Positions 28,235 through 36,738 of a DNA stretch of 48,331 nt are shown in pieces (the stretch's first letter is position 1; each line of letters starts with the position of its first letter). The position numbers and the translations under genes were made by a program. The notes under the pieces were generated by a model. The model was given only the letters and a program-made list of their open reading frames with translations, did not search any database and was not told where the DNA came from. Origin of the DNA: Bacteroidales bacterium UBA2030 (GTDB taxonomy: Bacteria > Bacteroidota > Bacteroidia > Bacteroidales > TTA-H9); the NCBI GenBank assembly GCA_002332755.1, contig DDBO01000035.1, forward strand, positions 1-48,331, read 5' to 3'.

Positions 28235-29420
28235 CTCCCAGTTGTTTTAAAATCTGATGTAAAGTTTGGTTTACGCTATTCGCTTCTTTTGCATCTATAA
28301 TGAGGGGGGGCGAAAGCCGGAGAGCCGAAGGGCAAAATAAAAAACGGTCGCTAATGAGGCGATTTGCCCACATGAATTCTAAAGCCCGTGAGGCAAGTTC
28401 GGGGGTTAAAAAATCAAGAGCGATTAACAAGCCCGATTTTCTTAGTTCACGAATTGCAGAATACTCTTCGAGACCTTTTGTAAGCAGATGGGCTTTTTCT
28501 TCAACGGATTCCCAAAGTCTGCTTTCCTTTAAAATATCGAAGGAAGCACAAGCAGCTGCGGCACTCACAGGATTACCTCCAAAAGTAGTAAGGTGTCCCA
28601 GGGCTGGATTATGAGCCAAAGTATCCATAATCGTCTTTGAACTGATAAATGCGCCCAGAGGCATACCTCCTCCCAAAGCTTTTGCCAGACATAATACATC
28701 AGGCACTACTTCGTATTTTTCGAAGGCAAACAGTGATCCGGTACGGCCCATTCCCGTCTGTATTTCATCAAAAATGAGCAGAGTACCTGTCTCGTTGCAA
28801 CGTTGCCTGAGGGCTTTTAGAAACTGATTTTGAGGTACGATAACCCCAGCCTCTGCTTGAACAGGTTCCACTATGACTGCAGCCACCTCGGGTGTTATCA
28901 GGTCTAAATCTTCAAAACAATTAAATCGCAGGAAAACAATGCCGGGTAACAGTGGACGATATTTCATCTTCAACACTTCGTCGCCCATAATGCTGAGCGC
29001 TCCATGTGTACTTCCATGATAAGCTTTTTTAAAGGCAGCTATATAATGCCTGCCAGTAAACCTTTTTGCCAACTTCATGGCACCTTCAATGGCTTCAGCA
29101 CCTGAATTTACAAGATATACACAGTCGAGCTGAGGAGGTAAAACGCTTACCAACCTTGAAGCCAATTCCACCTGAGGAGATTGAACAAATTCACCATAAA
29201 CTGTCTGATGCAGGTACAGACCTGCCTGTTGCCTGATAGCTTCAATAATTCGTGGATGATTGTAGCCCAAATTATTCACAGAATAACCTGCGCTCAGGTC
29301 GGTGTACTTTTCGCCTTGAGGAGTAATCAGGTAAATTCCTTCAGCATGACTAAATTGCAAAGCTGGGGGTTCGAAAGATGTAAGCGCCAGATGTCTGAAA
29401 AAAATCTCCCGATCACTCAT
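28215..29420 (-). CDS. class III (acetylornithine/GABA-type) aminotransferase
   Basis: Start moved to the ATG at 29420 ([15 protein letters not shown]...), 2 nt after the TerC stop. Class III blocks [34 protein letters not shown]. The 3' end overlaps ltaE by 20 nt. Confidence 0.8.
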   Translation of the reverse strand: MSDREIFFRHLALTSFEPPALQFSHAEGIYLITPQGEKYTDLSAGYSVNNLGYNHPRIIEAIRQQAGLYLHQTVYGEFVQSPQVELASRLVSVLPPQLDCVYLVNSGAEAIEGAMKLAKRFTGRHYIAAFKKAYHGSTHGALSIMGDEVLKMKYRPLLPGIVFLRFNCFEDLDLITPEVAAVIVEPVQAEAGVIVPQNQFLKALRQRCNETGTLLIFDEIQTGMGRTGSLFAFEKYEVVPDVLCLAKALGGGMPLGAFISSKTIMDTLAHNPALGHLTTFGGNPVSAAAACASFDILKESRLWESVEEKAHLLTKGLEEYSAIRELRKSGLLIALDFLTPELASRALEFMWANRLISDRFLFCPSALRLSPPLIIDAKEANSVNQTLHQILKQLGDGKTMD

Positions 29421-30441
29421 TCGTTTTTTGCCCGGTATCATAAGACTGCTCTTTGCCCGTTTTTTTAATAATTAATGAAGCCAATACTGACAATAACAAA
29501 ACCACTGCTACAATACTTAAGGAAAGGGGTGATGAAATTTCGATGCCCCAAATATCAGCCAATAACATTTTGACCCCAATAAATGTGAGGATAAAAGCCA
29601 ACCCGTAATGAAGGAAACGGAATAAAGGCATGAGATTAGCAAACAGAAAATAGAGAGAGCGAAGCCCCAGGATAGCGAAAATATTGGAGGTGTAGAGAAT
29701 AAAAGGATCGTCGGTAATGGCAAAAATAGCCGGAATGCTGTCTACGGCAAAAATTACATCAGTTCCCTCTATTACCAGAACAACCAGAAACAAAGGGGTT
29801 GCCATCAAACGACCTGCCTGGCGAATAAAAAACCTACTGCCCGAATATGCAGGGCTAAAAGGGAACAAACGATGGGCAATCTTTACTATCCAGTTTTTCG
29901 AAAAATCTTTCGAAGTCTGGTCGTCGTGTCTCCACGATTTAACCCCGGCATACACAAGGAAAAAGCCAAATATGGCCAGCAACAGGTTAATATGATACTC
30001 CCTGCCGTTCAGCTCAAAAGGAGGCAGGTAAGTCAATTTGATCAGTCCCACTCCCGCAAAAATGAAGATAGCTCTGAAGATAAGTGCGCCAATAATTCCA
30101 TAAAATAAGACCTTATGCTGATACTCTTCAGGGACGCTAAAAAATCTAAAAATCAATATAAAGACGAAAATATTATCCATCGATAAGGCCTTCTCGATGA
30201 GGTAGGCTGATACGAAGTCGCTGGCAGCTACGTGTCCCGATTCAATCCAAATCAGGCCGGCAAAAAGAAAGGCCAACGAAATCCAAAACAATGACCAACG
30301 TATAGCCTCACGACTGCTTACCTTGTGGCTTTTTTTATTAAAAACACCCAGGTCGAGCAAGAGCATTAAAATAATCAGAACGGCAAACCCAATGATTATA
30401 AGTGGATGGTGGGCTTGCTTATGGGATATAAACAGAAACAT
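29413..30441 (-). CDS. TerC family integral membrane protein
   Basis: Start taken at the ATG at 30441 (MFLFISHK...). TerC-type repeats present (EKALSMDNIFVF, EGTDVIFAVDSIPAIFAIT). Confidence 0.8.
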   Translation of the reverse strand: MFLFISHKQAHHPLIIIGFAVLIILMLLLDLGVFNKKSHKVSSREAIRWSLFWISLAFLFAGLIWIESGHVAASDFVSAYLIEKALSMDNIFVFILIFRFFSVPEEYQHKVLFYGIIGALIFRAIFIFAGVGLIKLTYLPPFELNGREYHINLLLAIFGFFLVYAGVKSWRHDDQTSKDFSKNWIVKIAHRLFPFSPAYSGSRFFIRQAGRLMATPLFLVVLVIEGTDVIFAVDSIPAIFAITDDPFILYTSNIFAILGLRSLYFLFANLMPLFRFLHYGLAFILTFIGVKMLLADIWGIEISSPLSLSIVAVVLLLSVLASLIIKKTGKEQSYDTGQKTNE

Positions 30442-30524
30442 GGTGAATAAATGAAATTGGGTTGCAAAAGTACGCAATTAATCCCTGGATGAAAGTCTAT
30501 AAATTCGCAGTAAAATTCATCATT

Positions 30525-31337
30525 ATGAATTCACCAAAAGTGGTAGTGATTACAGGGGCTTCATCGGGTATTGGTAAAGCCCTGGCGATGCAGTATGCCC
30601 AACGTGGGTGTCACCTGGTGCTGGGTGCACGCAGGCTAGATGTACTCGAGTCGATGAAGCCCAACCTCATAAAAAACGGGAGCATGGTCGTTTGCCAACA
30701 GACAGATGTTACCAGAGAAGAAGATTGCAGAAGTTTGATAGAAATCGCAGTCAAAGAATTCGGAAAATTAGATATCCTGATAAATAATGCTGGCATCTCC
30801 ATGCGGGCACTCTTTAAAGATGTCGAGCTGGAGGTAATACGCCGCCTGATGGATGTCAATTTCTGGGGCACAGTATATTGCACGAAATATTCACTACCCT
30901 ATCTTATCCAATCGAAAGGAAGCGTGGTAGGTGTCATCTCCATTGCAGGTTACATAGGTTTACCGGGACGCACCGGATATTCCGCTTCTAAATTTGCGGT
31001 AAGGGGATTTTTAGAAACCCTGCGCACCGAAAACCTCAAAACCGGCTTGCATGTGCTCATCGCAGCCCCGGGGTTTACGGCCACCGATATCCGTTTTACA
31101 GCCTTAAAAGCAGATGGTTCGCCCCAGGGTGCCTCGCCCCGTGAAGAAGCGAAAATGATGTCGGCTGATGAAGTAGCAACACGCATTATCAAAGCCATAG
31201 ACAAACGTAAAAACAACCTTGTACTCACTTTTCTGGAAGGGAAATTCACAGTTTTTTTACATAAATTTTTCCCCACCCTGGTCGCTCGTTTGGCCTACAA
31301 CCATATGGCAAAAGAACCAGATTCACCTTTCAAATAA
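30525..31337 (+). CDS. classical SDR family oxidoreductase
   Basis: Start at the ATG at 30525 (MNSPKVVVITGASSGIGKA), then NNAG and YSASKFA (YxxxK). Confidence 0.85.
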   Translation: MNSPKVVVITGASSGIGKALAMQYAQRGCHLVLGARRLDVLESMKPNLIKNGSMVVCQQTDVTREEDCRSLIEIAVKEFGKLDILINNAGISMRALFKDVELEVIRRLMDVNFWGTVYCTKYSLPYLIQSKGSVVGVISIAGYIGLPGRTGYSASKFAVRGFLETLRTENLKTGLHVLIAAPGFTATDIRFTALKADGSPQGASPREEAKMMSADEVATRIIKAIDKRKNNLVLTFLEGKFTVFLHKFFPTLVARLAYNHMAKEPDSPFK

Positions 31338-31838
31338 ATGAACGCATCTATGGGCAAAAAAATAAAGACAGAAATCATCCCACTCAGGGGCCTTACGACA
31401 ATCCAATTTGGAGACACCACCGAACAGGTTGAGTTTTTACTCGGCCCTCCAGAAGAAACTGAGGTAATTGATCCTATCGAAGAAGGAGGATTCCCCACCC
31501 TGGTGTATTATTATTGGGATGAATGTATTACCTTCTTCTTCAATCAATCTGCAGAGAAACCATTTCTGATTGCCATGGAAACCGATGACCTGAAGGCCAC
31601 CCTCCTTGATGAACGCATTTTTAAAATGAAACCCGATGAAATTGTATCGCTTATGGCGAGTCAAAAACTGTTTGACTATGAAAAAGAAACAGAAGATTGG
31701 GGTGAAGTGCGTTATACCTGGGAAGAATGGAACATAGATTTTTACTTTGATAAGAATAAACTTTCGGTTGTAAATTGGTCGGCCATACTCGATGCAGAAG
31801 GTAAGGTATTTATTCCAGATGAACCTATCCGCTGGTAA
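31338..31838 (+). CDS. hypothetical acidic cytoplasmic protein
   Basis: 166-aa ORF whose ATG directly abuts the SDR stop (TAAATG). I recognise no motif. Confidence 0.45.
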   Translation: MNASMGKKIKTEIIPLRGLTTIQFGDTTEQVEFLLGPPEETEVIDPIEEGGFPTLVYYYWDECITFFFNQSAEKPFLIAMETDDLKATLLDERIFKMKPDEIVSLMASQKLFDYEKETEDWGEVRYTWEEWNIDFYFDKNKLSVVNWSAILDAEGKVFIPDEPIRW

Positions 31839-32018
31839 GGGTTGGCATTCATCAAGCCTTCTTCGTTTAACCCACCCGCCAATTTACCTCTATTTTAACA
31901 TGATACATCTATGGGCGGAAAACATCCACAATTAATTATAAATCAACACAATAAAACCACTGAATAATTTTATTCGGAAAAAATATTTTGACAGAATATT
32001 GCCATATTCAGAAATTTG

Positions 32019-32026
32019 TATATTTG
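32019..32026 (+). promoter_or_regulatory. candidate -7 promoter box (TATATTTG) for the trp leader transcript
   Basis: Exact TAnnTTTG, 12 nt upstream of the leader ATG. A 6-bp inverted repeat GAATAT-N4-ATATTC (31994-32009) lies just upstream. Confidence 0.35.
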
Positions 32027-32037
32027 CAGCGTCTAAC

Positions 32038-32121
32038 ATGAAAAGGAAAAATATGATATCACAGATAATGAACATAGCTTGGTGGTGGCTTTTCCCGTTG
32101 AAAGCAGGGGGGAAAGTCTGA
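32038..32121 (+). CDS. candidate trp leader peptide (27 aa, three consecutive Trp codons)
   Basis: ATG AAA AGG ... GCT TGG TGG TGG CTT ... GTC TGA translates to MKRKNMISQIMNIAWWWLFPLKAGGKV. The TGG triplet is at 32080-32088. The ORF lies 250 nt upstream of trpB and is followed by a terminator. Confidence 0.6.
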   Translation: MKRKNMISQIMNIAWWWLFPLKAGGKV

Positions 32122-32154
32122 GGCTATTTTATTATCGGAAATCATAAACATATA

Positions 32155-32188
32155 GCGCCGCAGGATACCCCCTGCGGCGTTTTTTGTT
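32155..32188 (+). terminator. intrinsic terminator of the candidate trp attenuator
   Basis: Stem CGCCGCAGG (32156-32164) / CCTGCGGCG (32171-32179), 6-nt loop, then TTTTTTGTT. Confidence 0.75.
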
Positions 32189-32374
32189 ATGTAACACCAA
32201 AAACTCGAAACATGGAAAGAAACATACATATCAGCGCATGGCTCTGGCGGGCAAAGCCCCGCCGCACGAAACGAATAAAACAAAACTCAAGCCTTGCAAC
32301 AAGGCCTTTCAACCATTAACTCAATTGTAATTTTTAAAATTATGTATTTCAAAAACCTTTAAAAACCTAAAACA

Positions 32375-33577
32375 ATGAATATTTCAACAGTAAATTCAAA
32401 CGATATTAAAGTTCGTCCTATCGACAACATGTTAAAATATAACGGACGTTATGGCGAATACGGAGGCGCTTACATACCGGATGTGTTGGCAGTACCTCTC
32501 CAAAAGCTAAGCGAGGCTTTCGACTATTTTTCCCGTGATCCAGAGTTCAGGGCTGAATTTTCCAACATTTTGCGTGATTATGCCGGACGACCCTCACCTC
32601 TATATTTTGCTCAAAAACTTTCAAAACACATAGGCTCAACCCTCTATTTAAAAAGGGAGGATCTCAATCATACAGGTTCGCACAAGATAAATAATACACT
32701 GGGTCAGGCATTGATAGCCAAACGAATGGGGGCGAAAGAAATTGTAGCAGAAACCGGTGCCGGGCAACACGGGGTAGCTACAGCAACAGCAGCGGCACTG
32801 ATGGGTATTCCGTGTAAAATTTTCATGGGAGCAGTAGATGCACGCCGGCAAGCACTCAATGTCAAAAGAATCCAACTTTTAGGAGCCGAAGTAATTACCA
32901 CAACTAGAGGAACAGCCACATTGAAGGATGCTGTAGATGAAGCGTTGAATTATTACATTAGTCATCCGGATGTATTTTATCTCCTGGGCTCGCAAGTTGG
33001 CCCCGACCCCTACCCTCGCATGGTCGGTTTTTTCCAGAGTGTAATCGGGCAGGAAGCACGTGCACAGATTCTAATGAAGGAGGGCCGTTTGCCTGATGCT
33101 GTAATTGCTGCAGTTGGAGGCGGAAGCAATGCCATAGGTTTATTTTCAGGATTTTTAGAGGATCATGAAGTTAAAATTTATGGAGCCGAAGGAGGGGGTG
33201 ATGCCCTGCCCGGAAAAACCGCGGCTACGCTTACTTTCGGGAAACCTATGATTTTCCAGGGAACTTATTCCTATTGCCTCACCAACGACGAAGGTCAGCC
33301 TGTCGAATCTCATTCCGTTGCCGCCGGTCTCGACTATCCCGGTGTCAGTCCACAACATGCCTTCCTGAAAGATAGTAAACGAGCACAGTATTTTGCCGTT
33401 ACTGATAAAGAGGCTATTGAAGCATTTCATTTGCTCTCTCAACTCGAAGGCATCATCCCTGCTATTGAATCGAGTCATGCAGTAGCTTTGGCAATTCGGC
33501 TGCTTCGCAATCAAAACCTGCTGGCAATTGTCAATCTCTCGGGCAGAGGTGATAAAGACGTGGATAGGGATTTTTGA
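32375..33577 (+). CDS. trpB: tryptophan synthase beta chain (TrpB1-type), stand-alone
   Basis: 400 aa with YGGAYIPDVL, the PLP-lysine block LNHTGSHKINN, GAGQHGVATA, GGGSNAIG. No trpA or other trp gene is adjacent. Confidence 0.9.
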   Translation: MNISTVNSNDIKVRPIDNMLKYNGRYGEYGGAYIPDVLAVPLQKLSEAFDYFSRDPEFRAEFSNILRDYAGRPSPLYFAQKLSKHIGSTLYLKREDLNHTGSHKINNTLGQALIAKRMGAKEIVAETGAGQHGVATATAAALMGIPCKIFMGAVDARRQALNVKRIQLLGAEVITTTRGTATLKDAVDEALNYYISHPDVFYLLGSQVGPDPYPRMVGFFQSVIGQEARAQILMKEGRLPDAVIAAVGGGSNAIGLFSGFLEDHEVKIYGAEGGGDALPGKTAATLTFGKPMIFQGTYSYCLTNDEGQPVESHSVAAGLDYPGVSPQHAFLKDSKRAQYFAVTDKEAIEAFHLLSQLEGIIPAIESSHAVALAIRLLRNQNLLAIVNLSGRGDKDVDRDF

Positions 33578-33601
33578 CTAAGAAGTGCTACGTATTTTTT
33601 T

Positions 33602-33631
33602 CCCCGTTCTGTTTCAAGGGCGGGGTTTTTT
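33602..33631 (+). terminator. Rho-independent terminator after trpB
   Basis: 9-bp stem (CCCCGTTCT / AGGGCGGGG, with 2 G-U pairs), 6-nt loop, T6 run at 33626-33631. Confidence 0.7.
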
Positions 33632-33738
33632 GTTCCAGGTTCCGGGTTCCAAGTTCCTAGTTCCAAGTTCCAGGTTTCAAGTTCCAGGTTCCGGGTTCTG
33701 GGTTCCGGGTTCCAGGTTCCGGGTTCTGGGTTCGGTTT
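33632..33738. repeat. tandem heptanucleotide array, ~15 imperfect units of GTTCCRG
   Basis: Units in order: GTTCCAG GTTCCGG GTTCCAA GTTCCTA GTTCCAA GTTCCAG GTTTCAA GTTCCAG GTTCCGG GTTCTGG GTTCCGG GTTCCAG GTTCCGG GTTCTGG GTTCGGT. The last eight units form two copies of a 28-bp block. No ORF of 60 aa or more covers the array on either strand. Confidence 0.9.
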
Positions 33739-33783
33739 AAAGTATTGATTTTTAATTAATTAAAAAAATATTTTAAAAAAAAA

Positions 33784-33847
33784 TTAACCAATTGGTCAAC
33801 ATTTCGGATTCTTTTCTAATTTTGCCATTAATTAACCATTTAGTTAA
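33784..33847. promoter_or_regulatory. candidate TetR-operon promoter with two inverted repeats sharing TTAACCA
   Basis: TTAACCAATTGGTCAA (33784-33799; the core ACCAATTGGT is a perfect palindrome). A TAATTTTG -7 box sits at 33817-33824. TTAAC-N6-GTTAA lies at 33832-33847. The TetR ATG is at 33861. Confidence 0.35.
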
Positions 33848-33860
33848 AATCAATATTACC

Positions 33861-34526
33861 ATGAAAAAGAACAAAGAAACGGCAACCGAACAAGCCATTT
33901 TGGAGGCAGCACGAAAGGTATTTGTCGAAAAAGGTTTTGACGGAGCAAGGATGCAGGAGATAGCTGATGAAGCAGGCATTAACAAGGCTCTGCTCCATTA
34001 TTATTACCGTTCTAAAGAAAAACTTTTCGAAACGGTGTTTCTGGAAGCCTTTATTAAGGTTGTTCCTTCGGTGTTGGTGATTCTTAATTCCGACGAACCA
34101 CTTTTCAACAAGATTGAACGCTTCGTTAGTAATTATTTGGATGTATTAGCGGAAAACCCGATTATTCCTGGTTTTATTTTACACGAACTTGCGCACAATC
34201 AAAAACGCATTGGTTCACTCATCAGAGGCACAGGTATAAATCCTCAGTTTTTCATAGCACAAATCTACCGAGAGATAGAAGCAGGAAATATCAAAAATTG
34301 CGATCCCAGGCAGCTCATCATCAATATGCTCTCGATGTGCATATTTCCATTTGTTGCCAAACCGATACTGCAGGCTGTGTTTTTCAAAAACAGCGAAGAG
34401 GAGTACAAACAATTTATTGCAGAGCGCAAAGCCGAAGTTACCCGTTTTATCATCGCATCCATACGGAAACAACAGGAAGAGGAAATCATTTTACCCGGTC
34501 AATCCACTCAAAATACTTCCAAATGA
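33861..34526 (+). CDS. TetR/AcrR family transcriptional regulator
   Basis: Start at the ATG at 33861 (MKKNKETATEQAILEAARKVFVEKGFDGARMQEIADEAGINKALLHYYY, an HTH_TetR N-terminus). Confidence 0.85.
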   Translation: MKKNKETATEQAILEAARKVFVEKGFDGARMQEIADEAGINKALLHYYYRSKEKLFETVFLEAFIKVVPSVLVILNSDEPLFNKIERFVSNYLDVLAENPIIPGFILHELAHNQKRIGSLIRGTGINPQFFIAQIYREIEAGNIKNCDPRQLIINMLSMCIFPFVAKPILQAVFFKNSEEEYKQFIAERKAEVTRFIIASIRKQQEEEIILPGQSTQNTSK

Positions 34527-35833
34527 AGGTTATTCATTTTATTGTAAGTAAAAAAACGATTCAGGTTTTTTTCACAGCCTGGCTAATTCTACTGCTAAAA
34601 TCTCAGGCAATACAAGCTCAACCCTTGATGGAACTTTCGTATGAAGATGCCTGCCAGGCCGTTAAAAACCATTCTGCTCTGCGAGAGAACCCCCAAATAC
34701 TGTCCGAAATTGCGAGGATGGCCACTCAGAACATCCATTCAACATGGCTTCCTCAGGCCTTTCTAAATGCACAGGCTACGTGGCAATCGGAAGTTACCCG
34801 GGTTCAAATTCCGATACCTGGAATTTCGCTACCGGAGATTCCACAAGATCAGTATAAACTATCGGCCGAAATCAGCCAATTGATTTACAACGGAAACACC
34901 TCTGTTTACCGCAGGAATCTGGAGCTTTTGCAACAAAAAGCCAACACCCTCGATGTAGAAATGCAATTAGATCTATTGGAGCAACAGGTAGATGCTTTGT
35001 TTTTTCAAATTCAAACCCTCAGGCGGCAGGAAAACATACTTCAATGGCAAACTAAAACGCTGGAAGCAAGACGCCATTCATGCGAAAAACGCAGAATAAA
35101 CGGCATGTCCACCCCTGGAGACTGTGCTTTGCTGGAAGCCGCCATTCTGCAAGTGGCCCAGAAACAAACAGAGACCCGATTCTCTCATGCCTCTGCTATT
35201 CAGCAATTGAGTATGCTCACTGGACTAAATCTTCACGACAGTGTTAAAATCTCATTTCCGGATTTAGCTATGCGGATGAATAGCTCAAATTATAACCGGA
35301 AAGACCTTAACTATTTGGGTGTGAAACAAGAAATGGCAGATGCCCAGATACAACTGGCCCTTTCACGTAAAAAACCTCAGGCAAATGCATTTTTAAATGC
35401 CGGTATGGGTCGTCCGGGACTAAATATGCTTGACCCCGATTTTCAACCCTGGCTCATGACAGGAATACGTTTATCATTACCTCTATTGCAATGGGGAATC
35501 CCCGATCGCGATGCACGCATCGCCGGCTTACAAAAACAATTGACTATCCACCAGCAGGAGAACCTTCTGCAAAGCCTGGACCGTAAAAATGCAGAACTAG
35601 ATTCTGAAATAAAAAAAACAGAAGAAATCATTGAAAATGACCGAAAACTTTTGGTTTTAAGGCAACAAATAACCACTGAAGCCCAATCGCAATACGACAA
35701 CGGAGTGCTCCCTTCTTCGGAATTTACGGCACGCATGGCCGAAGAAGCCGAGGCCCGGCTAAACCTCGAAATACACCAATTGCAGCTTGAATATGTCAGG
35801 CTGAAAAAATATAAACTTTTCAATAACCAATAA
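34523..35833 (+). CDS. TolC family outer membrane efflux protein
   Basis: True start is the ATG at 34523 (MKVIHFIVSKKTIQVFFTAWLILLLKSQAIQAQ signal peptide), overlapping the TetR stop (ATGA). It shows the two-repeat coiled-coil OEP pattern. Confidence 0.8.
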   Translation: MKVIHFIVSKKTIQVFFTAWLILLLKSQAIQAQPLMELSYEDACQAVKNHSALRENPQILSEIARMATQNIHSTWLPQAFLNAQATWQSEVTRVQIPIPGISLPEIPQDQYKLSAEISQLIYNGNTSVYRRNLELLQQKANTLDVEMQLDLLEQQVDALFFQIQTLRRQENILQWQTKTLEARRHSCEKRRINGMSTPGDCALLEAAILQVAQKQTETRFSHASAIQQLSMLTGLNLHDSVKISFPDLAMRMNSSNYNRKDLNYLGVKQEMADAQIQLALSRKKPQANAFLNAGMGRPGLNMLDPDFQPWLMTGIRLSLPLLQWGIPDRDARIAGLQKQLTIHQQENLLQSLDRKNAELDSEIKKTEEIIENDRKLLVLRQQITTEAQSQYDNGVLPSSEFTARMAEEAEARLNLEIHQLQLEYVRLKKYKLFNNQ

Positions 35834-35844
35834 TCCCATTATCC

Positions 35845-36735
35845 ATGAAAAATGCTCTTGTTTTGATCTTTGCAGGTTTATCTTTAGTTTCATGCAATAA
35901 TTCAGTGCCGGAGGCTGATGCTTATGGTAATTTTGAAAGCACACCCATTTATATAACCCCAGAAACCGGAGGCAAAATTCTTACTGTAGTTGTTGATGAA
36001 GGCGATCGGGTGAAAACCGGACAATTAGTAGCCATACTCGATTCTTCCGAAATAGTTATACGGCAAGAGCAAGTGCTTCATCAAATCGAAGCGGCCAATG
36101 CCAGCATATGTGTCAATCAGGCACAGGCTGCGGTTTACGACCAACAGATAGCTAACCTCGAAATTGACCGCAACCGCCTCGAAAAACTGCTTGCAGACGG
36201 ATCAGCCACTCAAAAACAATACGACGATGTGGTAGCTGCCATTTCCCTGGCGCAGAAACAAAAAGCAGCTTTACTTAAACAAAACGACCGTTTACAGGCC
36301 GAAATAGCTGCGCAAAAAAGCCAGATAGACCTTATGCGACTCAATGTGAACAGATGCAGGGTGATGGCCCCATGCGATGGACGTATTCTCAATCTTTATC
36401 AACGCGCGGGTGAGCTGGCAGCCCCAGGTAAACCCCTTATGCGTATGGCCAATACGGATACCCTTTTTCTAAGGGCTTTCGCCTCGGGCGATCAACTGCC
36501 CTTAATTCAAATCGGGCAAAAGGTTACTGTCAGAATCGACGATGGAGCGGGTCAACTTAAGACCTTAGCCGGAACTATCACCTGGATTTCACAGGAAGCC
36601 GAATTCACACCTAAAACCATTCAAACCCGTCGGGAGAGGGTTAATCTGGTATACGCTTTCAAAGTCAAAGTTTTGAACGATGGAAGCCTTAACATTGGAA
36701 TGCCCGGAGAGGTATTTTTTCCTAAAAACAAGTAA
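35845..36735 (+). CDS. HlyD-family periplasmic adaptor (YbhG-like)
   Basis: Lipoprotein-type signal (LVSC), a biotinyl-lipoyl-like segment (GDRVKTGQLVAILD), a long coiled coil, and a beta-barrel C-terminus. Confidence 0.8.
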   Translation: MKNALVLIFAGLSLVSCNNSVPEADAYGNFESTPIYITPETGGKILTVVVDEGDRVKTGQLVAILDSSEIVIRQEQVLHQIEAANASICVNQAQAAVYDQQIANLEIDRNRLEKLLADGSATQKQYDDVVAAISLAQKQKAALLKQNDRLQAEIAAQKSQIDLMRLNVNRCRVMAPCDGRILNLYQRAGELAAPGKPLMRMANTDTLFLRAFASGDQLPLIQIGQKVTVRIDDGAGQLKTLAGTITWISQEAEFTPKTIQTRRERVNLVYAFKVKVLNDGSLNIGMPGEVFFPKNK

Positions 36736-36738
36736 GCA

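Noticed and set aside
30442-30524. A yybP-ykoY (Mn) riboswitch, which is often found upstream of TerC genes
   Set aside because: After start-codon correction only 83 bp separate TerC from the divergent SDR gene. I see no conserved four-way-junction-like stems. It cannot be supported without a covariance-model search.
32059-32283. 74-aa minus-strand ORF across the trpB leader region
   Set aside because: It runs antisense to the leader ORF and terminator, has no recognisable motif, and its length is explained by the GC-rich hairpins. I treat it as a shadow ORF.
33632-33738. The heptamer array as a CRISPR array or as a TRAP-like (G/U)AG binding array for trp regulation
   Set aside because: The units are contiguous 7-mers with no spacers, so it is not a CRISPR array. 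TRAP sites have triplets spaced 2-3 nt apart within the leader, whereas this array has a 7-nt period and lies after the trpB terminator. I also see no evidence for TRAP in this lineage.
34298-34522. 75-codon N-terminal extension of the TolC ORF in the track
   Set aside because: It lies entirely inside the TetR gene in another frame. The ATG at 34523 gives a proper signal peptide and a 4-nt ATGA overlap with the TetR stop.
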